From positions 9,437,896 to 9,501,895 of the forward strand of contig NC_069006.1 in the NCBI RefSeq assembly GCF_001194135.2: a stretch of 64,000 nt of DNA. The letters are read 5' to 3'. Within the stretch, counting starts at the first letter, position 1. The number at the start of each line of letters is the position of its first letter. The position numbers and the translations under genes are program-made. Shown here in pieces: positions 26,230-39,959 of this stretch. Source of the stretch: Octopus bimaculoides (lineage: Eukaryota). Under the pieces are notes generated by a model. That model was not told the DNA's origin, did no database searches, and saw only the letters and a program-made list of their open reading frames with translations.

Positions 26230-27409
26230 TATGTATGAATATATCATCATTTAACATCCACTGTCCATGCTGGCATGGGTTGGACGGTTTGACTGGGCTG
26301 CACCAGACTACAGTCTGATTTGGTATGGTTTTCTATTGCTGGATGCCCTTCCTAACGCCAACCACTCTGAGAGTGTAATGGATGCTTTCACATGCCACTG
26401 GCACGGGTGCCATTTGCGTGACACCAGGGTGCGTTTACATGCCACCAGTATGGATGCCAATTTGCATGACACCAGTATCTGCCACAACTGTGATTTTCCT
26501 TGGCTTGATAGGTCTTCTTCTCAAGCATGACATAATGCCAAAGGTCTTGGTCATTGCCTCCGTGAGGCCCAACACTTGAAAGGAATATATATATGTATAT
26601 ATGTGTGTGCATAATGGATGACATTCATTTAAGTACCCAAGGCAGTTCGAGCAGTGGCTAACAAAGTGACAAGGGTTTATAAACATGGTTTGAGTTGGTG
26701 TGTCACATCATCATCATCATCGTTTAACGTCCACCTTCCATGCTGGAATGGCTTGAATGGTTTGATAGAAGCTGGCCAGGCAGAAAACTGCACCGGACTT
26801 CTGTGTATGTTTTGGTAAGGTTTTTACAGCTGGATGCCCTTCCTGACACCAACCACTCAGCAGGGTGGACTGAGTGCTTTTTATGTGGCACAAGCACAGG
26901 CGAGGTCAGTTTCGGCAAGGTTTTTACAGCTGGATGCTCTTCCGAGTACCAACCACTTTACAGTGTGGACTGGAAGCTTTCTAAGTGGCATCTGCACTGA
27001 CAGGGTCACCAAAAGACAGAGAGAGATAAGGGAACAACAAGGAAAGTGTGTTATTTAGACGCTCAGTAAAACTGGACAGGTTTTGGTGTTTTGAGTCAAC
27101 AGAAAAGAATGAGAGAAAACAGATGGAGAGAGTGCGGGGGGAACAGAAAAATGTGCCTGGATAAATGATTGCACATACTGAATACATATAAATTAAGTTA
27201 CAGGGATGCAGACAAACCAACACTGGTTGTCAAGTGGTGGGAGACAACTACATCAGACGAATCCATGTGTTTTAAATTTTAAATTTTATATTACTTTCGA
27301 TTGCATCATTATCCTTCCTCCATTTCTAACAAAACTGTCCGATGAACGGGAACGTGAAACTCAGAGTAACGGGGTTTTTTTTGTTATATTTCTGCTGCTT
27401 TTAAATAAA

Positions 27410-27460
<51 letters not shown>

Positions 27461-28149
27461 TATACATATATACACACAAGCACACACACATGCATTTTCC
27501 AGATTCCTTCCAACAAATCCACTCACAAGGCTTTGGTCAGCCCGAGGCTATAGCAGAAGACAACTTGCCCAAAGTGCCACGCAGTAGGACTGAACACACA
27601 ACCATGAGGTTGGGAAGCCAACTTCTTACCACACAGTTTGTGCCTATGAGTGCAATAAATATTGATCTCTTTCAAAACATGAACATTAAAGTCAATGATC
27701 GACCAAACCCTGCAAAAAGCGCATGGAGGGTTGGGGTGTCGTCCAGCACGGCCACAGACCAATGAATGAAACCAGTAGAGTTCCAGTATGGCTGTAGGCC
27801 TATGAATGAGGCCATTACAATTCACTCAGATACACATCAACAAATAAGTACCACCCAAAACACCCGTGTGGTACAATTATCGACCCTCAAACAGTTTAGC
27901 AATTGTTGTAATAGATAAATCTGGTACAGTAGGAGTAGAGGGAGTGAGATAGGAGAGAGTGTAAGGGAGAGAGGAGGAGGGAGAGGGACAGATGTACAAT
28001 TGTTAGAGTGGAAGGAGGGGCAGTGTGGTGTGAAGAGAGGAACACTGGAGGAGATATTAGACAATATTTCAGATGTGGGGAGAGAGAATGGGTGGGAGGA
28101 GAAGAAATGAAACTACCTGAAATAAACTCGACTGCTCTCACAAATGAGA

Positions 28150-28390
28150 ATACTAAAAATGAACCTGACCACTCTCAAAGATTAAGTAAAAGAACAGGAA
28201 AAATAATCCAGAACCCTTGCCCAGAACCAGATCGAGCCCAAAATCTAATCAGTCTGTGCCCGTCACGAGGCCAAAGATCCCTGAAAGTTTCATTCGAATC
28301 CATCCAGCGATTCTTGAGATATTTTGTCCATGGACAAACAAATGCGACTGAAAACAATACTTCCATCTTCGCTAAGGCAGAGGTTATGAG
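28150..28390 (+). mobile_element. possible non-autonomous Helentron/HINE-like element
   Basis: aaagtttcattcgaatccatccagcgattcttgagatattttg...cttcgctaaggcagaggtta resembles DINE-1/HINE-type termini with a terminal hairpin. Recognised from memory, unverified. Confidence 0.4.
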
Positions 28391-29004
28391 AAAGATGGGT
28401 GTGTTGGTAGTAAAAATTGATTTTATTTTTTGTGTNNNNNNNNNNNNNNNNNNNNNNNNNNNNNNNNNNNNGGGGGGGGGGGGGGTGATAAATGGAGGAG
28501 TTAGAAGTACATTATGGGAAATACTTAGGTCTAACTAACCTTTAGAGGTTGTGGTCAACATGAGAGATATTTCACTGAGGACAAAACAAGGAATCTCTCT
28601 ACCCATTTTATTTCAGTCATCGGACTGCAGTACCACCTTGAAGGGTTTTAGTCCAGGGCCTGGACATGGGGAAATAATTACCTTACTTGGAACCAGGTGA
28701 AGGTTGGTGATACAAAAGGTATCTGGTCATAGTAAAATCTACCTCAGTAAATTCTGTCTGACCCAAGTAAGCATGGAAAAGTGGACATTGAAGATTCTGC
28801 AGACAATTGTTTCAGCAGAGTCTTATTGACACCCAGAATATACCTGGAATATATTCTGTGGCATCACAGACCAGGTTTTCAAACAACTCTTTATAGTAGT
28901 GGATCTCAACCAGGGACCCCTACAAGATTTGTTGTTAAAATTAATGCACAAAAAAAATTGGTTATAACTTCTACGATATGCAAAATATCATAGAAGTATA
29001 ACCA

Positions 29005-29357
29005 GGAGTGGCTGTGTGGTAAGTAGCTTGCTTACCAACCACATGGCTCTGGGTTCAGTCCCACTGCGTGGCACCTTGGGCAAGTGTCTTCTACTATAGC
29101 CCCAGGCCAACCAAAGCCTTGTGAGTGGATTTGGTAGACGGAAACTGAAAGAAGCCCGTCATATATATATGTGTGTGCGTGAGTGTGTGTATATGTTTGT
29201 TCTCCGAACATCACTTGACAACCAATGCTGGTGTATTTAGTCCCCATAACTTAGTAATTCGGCAAAAAGAGACAGATAGAATAAGCACTAGGCTTGACTA
29301 AAGGCAGTGCTCCAGCATGGCCACAGTCAAATAACTGAAACAAGTAAAAGAATAAAA
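29005..29357 (+). mobile_element. SINE family A, full length
   Basis: GGAGTGGCTGTGTGGTAAG A-box region, GGTTCAGTCC B-box, central (TA/TG)n, tail ending gaaacaagtaaaagaataaaa. Confidence 0.9.
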
Positions 29358-30099
29358 TTCCTAATACTATTTAGTCATAAAAATAGGATTTTCTAACCCT
29401 TTAGTCTTGAGATTATTCTGTCAAATGTAAAAAGGATAAATACCCCCCTTTGGTCATGAATGAGCATGGGATTGCATCTAGAAAGTTCCCCTGTGACATC
29501 ACAACTTATTTCTACAGACAAGTGAACTTGGAGCAACATGAAATAAAGTGTGTTGCTCAAGAACACAACACACAGCCCAGACCAGGAATCAAACTCACTA
29601 CCTCATGATTGTGAGCCCGATGCTCTAACCACTGAGCCATGCACCTTCACATTGTCAAATGTAATATTTATTCACATTATCCTAAATTATTCATGCGTTT
29701 TAATGATGTGCTTGTTTATTTTTAGTATGATGCTGGGTGAGTGTGAAAGGCCAGATCTGGACCCTAGATATGGCAAGTTTAAATGGTAAATGAATAAACA
29801 GCAAATAGCTATGAGGGTCCACACAAGTAAAATAGGAATCAAAGAGGTCCATAGGTGAAAAAAAGGGCCAAAAACCACCAAGTCATTCTATTGGTCACTA
29901 TTTGCTGAGCCGCAAAGTTACAGGGACATAAACACACGCATACATGGGAGACAACACCAAAGCCAATTAAATACGGTCCAAATCTGTGGCTGATTTACCA
30001 GTAATAACTGCCAATTTCTAATGAAAGGTCAAAGAAGGACTGAAGACCCCTTCCTTGTCCACTTGCACTGACCGAAAGATGGTGATAATGACAGCAGAG

Positions 30100-30500
30100 T
30101 TGAAGATAATTATTATAATGATGATGATAACCTCCTTAATAATAATGTCAGTAATTATTTTAATGATGAAAATGGTAAATTTAACACACACACACACATA
30201 GACGCACAGGCATTTCAGCATCCAATGAAAAATGGTGATGGTGGTGGCATTTGGGACAACTATGACAATGACGAACAGGAAACGATGATGAAGGTAGTGA
30301 TGATGGTGGCGGTGGGGACAGTAGCAATGGTGATAGTGGTTGTGATGTTGGTGGTAGTGATGATGGTGGAAGGGTTGTGGTAACAATGATGGTGGTGCTG
30401 GCATTTGTGACAACTATGATGATGATGATGGATAAGGGATATGAATAATGATGACGGTTGTGATGGTAATTGATGGTGGTGGTTGTGGTGACGATAGTGA
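30100..30500. repeat. (GAT/GGT)n degenerate tract
   Basis: Directly visible. Confidence 0.85.
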
Positions 30501-31303
30501 TTGATAGCCTTGAGATCTGTTCCATTCCTGGCATTTCTTTCACAGTGGCAGCAGCATCCAAACTCTCAAGGTTTGTTTCTGCGGACTCAACTAAATCTAC
30601 CCACCCACCACCCACCTAAGATGGCAATAAACAGTAACCAATCAACCACTCTCCTTCAACAACCACCACCACCAACACACTATCAAAATAAATCAATTTT
30701 ACCATCATCAAGTTCAATTTGAACCCGCTTCCCTCTGGTTTACAGAGGCAAGCCATCACACAACCAACCCGCATTATAGTCACAACAGACACCAGACCAT
30801 CCCACAATTCCTTCAGGTTCTCTAGATTGGATCAATAATTACCATATTCCATATTCTTTCAAGTTATAATTAGATTTTTTTTTACCATTCTCCTTTCATT
30901 ATAGAATCAGTATTGGTGGGGAGAGAGGGTCTTTTGTTGGGGGGTTTCTTTTCTTTTCCCATTTTGTCCTTTTCACTTACTTCATACCCCTACCCCCACT
31001 CATTTCTTTATTCCACCCCCAATCCATTCCCTTTTATGCTGCTCCATCCTGCAAATTCCATCATTATATCCAGGATACATGACCTGGGACTAAACTGCCA
31101 ATCATTAGACTGTGGCCATGCTGGGGCACCACACTTGAATTTTAGTCAAATAAAGCCACACCAGCACTTTTTTTTTTGTTAAACCTCGTACCTATTCCAG
31201 TCTCCTTTGTCAAACCACCAAGTTACACCGGCATAACCATACCAACACCAGTTGCCAAGCAATGGACGGAGGGGGCAAATACAGACACGTGTGTGTGTGT
31301 TTA

Positions 31304-31514
31304 CAGTAATCCCTCAACTATTATGGGTGTTACATTCCAAAACCCCGCTCAATAGGTGAAAATCCGCAAAGTAGAAACAGTACTGTACTGTATTTTTTTT
31401 ATGATTTGTATATATTTATTTTATTATAAATGCAAAACAACACCATAGAGGAATTGACGTAAGCTTAAATGATAAACCGTGATAGGTGAACCGCGAAATG
31501 GTGAGGGATTACTG
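31304..31514. mobile_element. TA-flanked MITE (pogo/Tigger-like termini) nested in a family A SINE (31100-31735, -)
   Basis: TIR CAGTAATCCCTC / GAGGGATTACTG with TA on both sides, inside the SINE's central GT microsatellite. Confidence 0.85.
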
Positions 31515-32284
31515 TATGTGTGTGTGTGTATGTATATATATATATATATATATATATACATACATACATACATACATGTATAGTGGGCTTCTTTCAGTGT
31601 CCGCCTACCAAATCCACTCACAAAGCTTTGGTTAGCCCGTATCTATAGTAGAAGACACTTGCACAAAGTGCCAAGCAGTGGGACTGAACCTAGAATCATG
31701 TGGTTGGGAAGCAAGCTTCTTACCACACGGCCGCGCTTGCAGCTATTGAATCTTCACATCAAACATTTCCTTAAATGAACCGAAAAACAAAGAAGCCTCT
31801 ACTAGAAATAGTAGTCCTAAATAGTCCCATATGTGAATAAAACAATGAAATGATCAAGTAAAGCAACCACATACAGGCTCCGTCATTGGTCTGTCTCAGT
31901 AATAATTTTGTTGTTATTTAGCCTCAAATCAACCCTGATACAGCAAACCTATCATCAAAGACATTCCAGCCTTCAGCAAACTATCTTTTTGGGGATAATC
32001 TAGGATATTACATACAATGGGCATGTGATTTAGGTAGGGAGATACTTTTAGCGTGTCAAGCAACCAGCTAGAGTCACTTTCATTGATTCGATTGCGTGAT
32101 GAGATTTTTTTTACACATATATGTACGCATATATATCATCGGCAGAAGTTAGAGAGTAAGTCAAAAGCTGAGAGTTTCATCTATTGGCACTTATCAGACA
32201 CGAAGTTGGCCATTGTCACTCTGTAACTTCTGCCTATTATTAATGTGTGTGTGTTTGTATATAGATAGATAGATACATAGATGG

Positions 32285-32340
<56 letters not shown>

Positions 32341-32449
32341 TAGATAGATGGACACAATATATATAGATAGATAGATACATTCTCATATGTTGCTACAAAA
32401 ACATCTCTGGTTATTAGAGAGGGGTTTTGTTAGGGGAGATTTTTAGTTT

Positions 32450-32735
32450 CAATTTTTCTGTTGTCGAAGATTTGTTTTGTCAATGGACCAGAAAGTTGTT
32501 CGCAAACAGCACCAGTAATTTTCTCCAGCTGAATACATGACATTGATTGGTTAAAATTACCCAAATTCAACAACTTTAACACGAAATAACTTCTAAATTA
32601 CAAAATTTTGTCAAAAACGTTAAGAGTAAACCCTGTTCTACGTGACACATTCTACCAGTATCTGAAGTTTCAAAGTGCTTCATTAAAAAAAAAAAATTAA
32701 TAAATCTGTGCATGAGATGGAATAGATCCTATACA
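32450..32735. mobile_element. interspersed repeat H (DINE/HINE-like, unclassified)
   Basis: aaaccctgttctacgtgacacattctaccagtatc.gaagtttcaaagtg... recurs at ~42708-42790 and ~43250-43355. Confidence 0.6.
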
Positions 32736-35179
32736 TAAAATATTTGCTGTAAATAAAATTAAGGGCACATAGTATTCCATTAATTAATAAGTTAAAAAAC
32801 ATAATAAATGCACAAACAAGTGGAAAACAAACACAGAAGGTCACCAATTCTTCATTAGTTATCAGCCAGAGGGTCAAGCACGCTTTCAGGCCTTACGATA
32901 GTATTGCTTCCCTTCTGGTGTCAGCCAGCAAGAGCTGCCGGGAAATGGGATCAAAACAACAGAACAAGAATGAACAAAAGAAATATTGCATTTCATTCGT
33001 TTCTTGTTTATTCATTCTATTTTTTTGGTATGTTTTGGTAGTTTTCCTAGCAGCTTTTTGTTGCTGGAGCAACCAGGAGGGAAGTGAGATTACCATAAGG
33101 TGTGAAATTGTGTTTGAGCCTTTGGCCAATAACTGATGAGTTGTCTGTGTCTATTTTTCCTTTGTGCATTTATTATATAATATTTAACATATATTTATAT
33201 ATATGTATTTTCCACTTTTAACTTCGTAACTGCCATCTTTGAGGAGTACAGGGTTAGGGTGAGGTCTACATAATCAGACTGCTCCGTTGAAACCCTAGTG
33301 TGAAACCAATTCGTAAGACTGACCATAGTGGATATATAATACTATAAAGTTCTATTAACATATACATGTGTGTGATATCTAACCACTTGAGACTAAATGA
33401 TTTCTGTGTTACAAAGTTCCTGTTTTAAAGATCAAAATTAAAATTTACTTTAAAATCACATGTTAATTAATATTCTAAATAATAACTACACAGGTATTTT
33501 ACTAAATTATTTTCAAAATTAATTAAATTATTTTCAAAATTATGGTAACAGAAGGATCAAAGTGATCTAAATTAAAACCTAACATCAAAATTTCAAGTTG
33601 ATTTGTTCCAAACATCTGCTTAATAAGTAGTTATTTTCTGAAATTCTAAATCAAAATTAATTGAAACAAAAGCGGTGGATTTCAACAGGAATATGCTAAC
33701 AGAATGGTTAATCTTGAATTTTCTGAAGAATGGAGTTTGGTAGAAAATGGGGACCGCGGTGGATGGAATTTATGTTCCCTACCAAAAGGTCTGAATGGTG
33801 GCTGGCTTGAATGTATCCACAGGGACTTGACTACATTTTTTTAACCTCTTGCAGTCATTGGACTTTGGCCATGCTGGGTTTTAGTCAAGCATGCTGAACC
33901 TAGTACTTATTTTATTAGTTTTTTTTGTTGAATCATGAGATTACAGGGACATAAACAAACCAACACTGGTTTCAAGCTCATGGGAGATGCATGCACACAC
34001 ACACACACAGAGAACATGAACTTCCTTGATTCTATCTACCAATTCCACCTGCTGGGCTCTGGTTGAGCCGAGGCTATAGTAAAAGACACTTGCCCAAGGT
34101 GTCACACAGTGGGACTGAACCCAGAACCATGTGGTTGGGAAGCAAACTTATTACCTCTCTAGAGCCACATAAAAATATAAACAAAAATACACCTCTTCAA
34201 GTAAGAGTTTTAAAATCTTTCTGCTGATCCTTTGTTTCTCTCCCATCCCCACCCATTACACCTCCCCTCTCCACTCATTCCCCCCTCTCACTTGTCAACT
34301 TTCTGCTGCAGCCCTTTTAATAAAGGTCTGCTTTAATATTCTGCTTGCTTGCTTCCCTCCCCCCACTTTCTCCCTTGCCATTGACATTATTTCAAGATAG
34401 AATGATAGGAATTTAAGAGGTCCATGGGAGGGAGACTGTTGGCAAAAGTCAAACCAATGTTTGCTGGTACTGCCTTTTTTTTTCTTCTTCTTTCTCCCCA
34501 CGACCCCCACTCCTACTGCACCCAGTTTAATTCTAATTGGTTGCAGCAAGCTGGCAAAATAGTTAACACACAATGCTTAGTAGCATTCCAATAAGTACCA
34601 GTGAAACATTGAGGAGTGGGGGTCGATGTAATTGACTTATCTCCCTGTCCCCCACTGGCTTTGGGCCAAAATTTGAAACCACTCTGCTTCAAAGGTTAAT
34701 TCAAAACCACTCTATGGTCCCATATTTTGGTTGTATGTTGATCTTGAGGTTTTCTCCTCTGTCGTTTCTCTCTACATTTTAAGGAAATGGAAACTAAAAG
34801 AAACCTGTTGTGTGTGTGTTTGTACCCCAACACTGCTTGACAAATGTTGGTTTCTTTGCATCCATGGAACTTAGCAGTTTGGCAAAAAGAGTGATAGAAT
34901 ATGTACAGGGCTTAAAAATAAATACTGGGGTCAATTTGTGAGCCCCAGAATGGCTGCAATTCAATGATTGAAACAAAAGATAACTGATTTTCAAAATATG
35001 GTAACATAAGGGTTAAAGTGATCTAAATTAAAACTGTGCATGTGTGTGTGTCTCTTAAGCTTAGCAGTCACTTAGGGGTAGGACCTAGTAGCTGGCAATC
35101 ACATTGTCCCCATGTAGTTGTGTTGTGTGGAAAGGACATGAGTGACAGGGTGGCATGTATATATAAGGGTCACAAACTA

Positions 35180-35440
35180 TGCAGAGAGATAGATGTGCCC
35201 TTTTAAAGTCTAGCCAGGCTCATGGGCCCGGTTTCCCGGTTTCTATGGCGTATGTGTTCCCCAGCTGGACGGGACGCCAGTCCATCGCAGCGTTACTCAT
35301 TTTTGCCAGTTGAGTGGACTGGAGCAACGTGAAATGAAGTGTTTTGCTCAAGAACTCAACGCATCACCTGGTCCAGGAATCGAAACCACAACCTTACAAT
35401 CATGGTGCTGACACCCTAACCACTAAGCCACGCGCCTCCA
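35180..35440 (-). mobile_element. SINE family C, tail C2
   Basis: ggaggcgcgtggcttagtggttagggtgtc...ggtttcgattcc head; ctgcgatggactggcgtcccgtccag body. Confidence 0.85.
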
Positions 35441-36368
35441 CACATACTATGCAGAGGGACCACTAAAAAAAATATGAGGGTTCTGATAGACACAGTCACA
35501 TCTCACCACTTCTGTACTCGCACATCAACTCCCTCCCCACCTGCACTGCTCCACTCATACAAAGAGCCACTGTTACTCCCTATACACACTCTAAAACTAT
35601 TCCTTATTGTCAATTTTGGCATGAGGGAATGGTTTTTGGAAATAACTGTTGTTACCATATTTCTTTTGAAATATGCTTTCTTTCAATTAATTCTGAAAAT
35701 AATGAAAAATTTAGTAAAGTAACATTGTCCATATTAAGCTGGGGGATGGAACATGAATTAACATAGAATTTTGATGTAAAGTTTTAATTTAAATCACTTT
35801 AAACCGTTAGTTACCATATCACTTGAAATATGCTACCTTTGTTTTAATTAATTTTGTAAAGTCATTATTAAGCTTGTTTTTGAAGGAGAATTTTAAAAAA
35901 ATAAGAAAAGAAAATAGACGAAGAATGGAAAAACCTTCAGTTTCATCAATAAAATGGATCGCCTAGAAATACGATAAGGTTTGGTGTTTGAGTATGCGTG
36001 AATAGATGAAATGAGAAGAGAGTGGCTAAGGAAAGGTAGTTTGAAGGGTGATGTGGAGATGTGGAGAGAGGTGAAAATACTGGCGTGTGTGTATATAAAA
36101 ATCAAAAATGCCCAAGACCAGGAGAGGTGGAAAATAATGGTAAAAATAATTTGATTCCTCAATAGTAGCACTCGTTTAATCCAACGAACCAACTGTTACA
36201 GAATCTTGCACAGTGGAATCACTTCTTCGGTGACATCACTTTATTTTGTATGTGATGTTTGTAAATTTCGGGAGGTAATATTTAGTTTACATGGCGGGGC
36301 TGACATGCAAACAAAGTTGGGGACCCACAGTAGTATATTAAGAGTCCATGAAAAAATTTTGCTTTGTA

Positions 36369-36582
36369 AGGGGATGCTGGAAAGTTCCTGCTTTTGGGTA
36401 AAAGAAAATTCCAAAGGATCACAATTATGATTTTATTCAACACATTCCCTTCTCAGATTCACACACTCATTGCAATGGCCCTTCCATTTTACTAAACCCT
36501 TGGAGGTTCAACTCAGAAGGTTGAACCTCCAACCAGGCCTTTTGTGATGCCCTTAAAGCCAGGAACTTTTCAGCACCCCTTG
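36369..36582 (-). mobile_element. mariner-derived MITE
   Basis: Imperfect TIRs GGGATGCTGGAAAGTTCCTGCTTT / AAAGCCAGGAACTTTTCAGCACCCC. Confidence 0.7.
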
Positions 36583-36699
36583 CAGATGTATTTATTGTGA
36601 GAAACGGCGAGGTTTCTTTCTCCAACATTTTACATACTTCAACTAATATATAAAAAGCATAATAGGAAATTTGAAAGAAAGTATCTATGAAAGTAGCTT

Positions 36700-36929
36700 T
36701 TAACCCTTTAGCATTTAAACTGGCCATATCCAGCCAAAATATTCTACCTGTTTTATGTTCAAACTGGCCAGATCTGGCCTCTCACACCAATCCTTCAATA
36801 TCATTCTAAAATTGAATGATTACCTCATCAAAACCTCAAAGCTACATGAGAATGCACGATTAATTCAAAACAATATGAATGAATAAGTATTACATTTGAC
36901 AGAGAAATATGTGAATGCTGAAGGGTTAA
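36700..36929 (+). mobile_element. piggyBac-type MITE, family F
   Basis: TTAACCCTTTAGCAT ... TGCTGAAGGGTTAA. Confidence 0.85.
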
Positions 36930-37050
36930 ACATCAAATGACTTTTGGGGGTCCACCAGAATAAAATAATTAAAGGAGTCCATAGGTTAAAAAAAAAAACG
37001 GTCAAGAACTACTGATTGAGTCAAAGACTCGTGAAGTCAAATGTTATTCC

Positions 37051-37271
37051 ATAACCCTTTCGTTCCCAACTGGCTGAAACCGGCTCTGAGTACAAATGTC
37101 TTGTTTTCATAAATTTTGAATTAAAATCTTCCACCAAACCTTAGTCACAATTTATGTTCCTAACACTAGCTTAATGATAACCAAGTTATTTTACTAAATT
37201 CTTTGTTATATTTAAAGTAATTGAAAGAAACACAGAACATCTCAACAGAAATATAGTAACGAAAGGGTTAA
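37051..37271 (-). mobile_element. piggyBac-type MITE, family E
   Basis: ATAACCCTTTCGTTCC ... GTAACGAAAGGGTTAA. Confidence 0.85.
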
Positions 37272-37686
37272 ATTTGTGCGTTTTACCTGTAGATTGAGGA
37301 ACACACACAGAAGTTGAGATTGTTTTTATCATTTTTAGTGTTTATAAATAACTTTGATATTATTCCAAGCATCACCCTGCTGCTGCTCCCACCACCATCT
37401 TCATGGTGTGTAACTGCGCAGTGTTGCTGCACCAATGTGTGGAGTGTCTTGTTTTCAATCCTACTGTGATACGGCATCATTACCGACACAACATCAGACA
37501 TAAACATTACCATTTCATGGAGTAGAAATTTCTTCTCTTCATAGAATTTGCCTGATTGCTGAAATAATAGAAGCTTCACATAGCTGCAGCTGAACCATTC
37601 TGCCAAAACAAAAATACCATTTTATTAGAATCTTTAGATCTGGATTTGAGTCTTCATCTGTAATCTTTCGTTGGGATTACCCAAGA

Positions 37687-38180
37687 TTAACCCGTTAGTA
37701 TTCAGATTACTCTGCCAAATGCAATGCTTATGAATTCATACCATTTTGAATTAATCATGCATTATCTCAAGGCTTGGAGATTTCCATGGCATGACTACTT
37801 ATTTTTGAAGCTGGTACAATCTTTTTCATCAACCATCCAAGAGCAGAGACTGAGGTTTGCTGGCCACTGCTGAAGAAGTAAAAAAGAACTTCTGAGTAAT
37901 GTGTTGCTGTGGACATCAAACCATGGTACCACAGTGGCTGAAAGACCATGGAAGACGTACATACAACAGCTTGTAGATGTTGGACGCCGAGTTGAAGACC
38001 TAAAAACACTAACAGAGGATCGGGAGGAGACAGGCAATCAGCTAGATTGGATGATGCCTCAAAGAAAAAAAAATTAGAATGACATTGTAGGATAGGTGTG
38101 AGAGTCCAGATCTGGTTAGTTTGAACATACAAGTAGAATATTTGGGCCGGATAGGGCCAATTTAAATGCTAATGGGTTAA
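37687..38180 (-). mobile_element. family F MITE interrupted by a LINE fragment
   Basis: Both TTAA termini are present; the two MITE halves join once 37807-38073 is removed. Confidence 0.8.
37807..38073 (+). mobile_element. RTE-type LINE ORF C-terminal fragment with A-rich tail
   Basis: IQEQRLRFAGHC*RSKKELLSNVLLWTSNHG...RPWKTYIQQL...EDLKTLTEDRE resembles RTE RLRFAGHC..RP..TY..QL..EDR. Confidence 0.75.
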
Positions 38181-38254
38181 GTAGGTTACATGTGAAGACA
38201 AGAATGGCTAAATATTTGTATAGGTTTTCATTGTTTTATTTTATTACCCTGTGA

Positions 38255-38530
38255 AGGCATGTAGCTTCGTGGTTAGGGGATTTGGCTTACAATCGTAGAG
38301 TTTTGAGTTCAATACCTGGTGACATGTGTCTTTGAGCAGAGCAAGACACTTTATTTCACATTGCTCCAGTCCACTCAGATGGCAAAAATGAGTTCTACCT
38401 GTATTTCAAAGAGCCAGACATGTCACATTCTGTGTCATGCCGAATCTCTACATTAAAGGTACGCGTGTCTGTGGAGTGCTCAGCCACTTGCTCATTCATT
38501 TCATGAGCAGGCTGGAATCCTCATTGTTGG
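38255..38530 (+). mobile_element. SINE family C, tail C3
   Basis: tRNA-like head plus gagcaagacactttatttcac core and a tail whose reverse complement recurs at ~54040-54285. Confidence 0.7.
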
Positions 38531-39959
38531 AACTGATATGGAATGCCAACTTAATTTTATTACGCAGAACATTTCTATTAAAATATGCTTAAATATGTTG
38601 GGCGATATACTGTGCATGAGAAGACCTGTCAAGCCAAGTGAAATCAATCGCACATGCCAGTGCCGTGTGACTGGCACCTATGCCAGTGGCACGTACAAAG
38701 CACTGTTTGAACATTGAGCCTCACGGAGGCAGCGACAGGTGATCAAGACCTTTGGTGATATGCTGTATTTGAGAAGACCTGTCAAGCTAAGTGAGATTGT
38801 AGTTGTGGCCGATACTGGTGTCATGTGACAAGCACGTGTGCTGGTGGCATGTCAAAAGCACCCACTACATTCTTGGAGTGATTGGCATCAGGAAGGGCGT
38901 TCAGCCATAAAAACCATGCCAAATCAGATTGGAACCTGGCGCAGCTCCCCAGCTTACCAGTTTTCAGTCAAATTGTCCAACCCATGCCAGCATGGAAAAC
39001 AGATGTTAAGTGATGACGATGATGCTGCACTACAATTATTTTAATACAACATCCTACAATAGATGGTGAATAAGGCAGTAATTAATCTTAACCCTGTCTC
39101 GCTGTATTCCCACTACAGCGGGAACAGGTTAAAACCTCATCTCTGCCAGATTCCTGGTAAAGTGGTAAGAAACAACACACATAGATGCAGCCGATTCTGT
39201 TCGTTAGTTTGCCTGCAATCGTTAATCTTCAGTTTTATATGCAACAATTTATTGTTTTTGTTTGGGAGCCCAGATGGAAGGTGAAGTGGGGCCCAGGTGT
39301 GAGAGGGTTAATTGCTTATTGTAAAAGATTTAGTGTGTGTGGGGGAGCACCTTGGGGAAGTGTTTTCTACTATACACTTGGATCAACCAAAGCTTTGTGA
39401 ATGGTTCTTATAGAGAGAAACTGAAAGAAGCCCATCGTGTGTGAAAGTGAGTATATGTTAGTATCCTTGTCTTGACGTTCAGATGATTGTTATAAATGCA
39501 TTGACTTCATTTTCAAAATTCTGTGAAAGCATGTCTTGCGATGGGAAATATCTTACATGGAACCAGGTGAGGGTTTGTGACAGGAAGAACATCCAGTCAT
39601 AGAAAAAAAAAATCTACCTTGAAGAACTCCATCTGATCTGTGCAAATATGGAAAGGTGGACATTAAAATTGTCATGATGGTCAAGATGACCACAATGTTT
39701 GTACAGGTTTCCATACATTTTGTTAACTGGAATATTTGTACTTTAATTTTTTACTTGTATCGGTCAGTTAGAATTTTTAGTTGAATGAATTGATCCCAGG
39801 ATTTCTTTTTCTTATCCTGGTACTTATATCGGTCTTTTTTTTACTGAACTGCTAAGTTACAGTTTCATAAATACACCAGCACTGGTTGTCAAGCAGAGGG
39901 ACAAACACACAAAGATGTACACTTAATATTTACATATATATATATATATATATGTATGT

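Noticed and set aside
32955-32980. Resemblance of UUUGUUCAUUC to miR-375
   Set aside because: The seed differs (UUGUUCA versus UUGUUCG) and the sequence is low-complexity.
33132-33160. Hammerhead ribozyme core CTGATGA (also ~5722, ~18082, ~19074)
   Set aside because: No stem II followed by GAAA; the 18082 hit is the RT YADD codons and 19074 is a (TGA)n tail.
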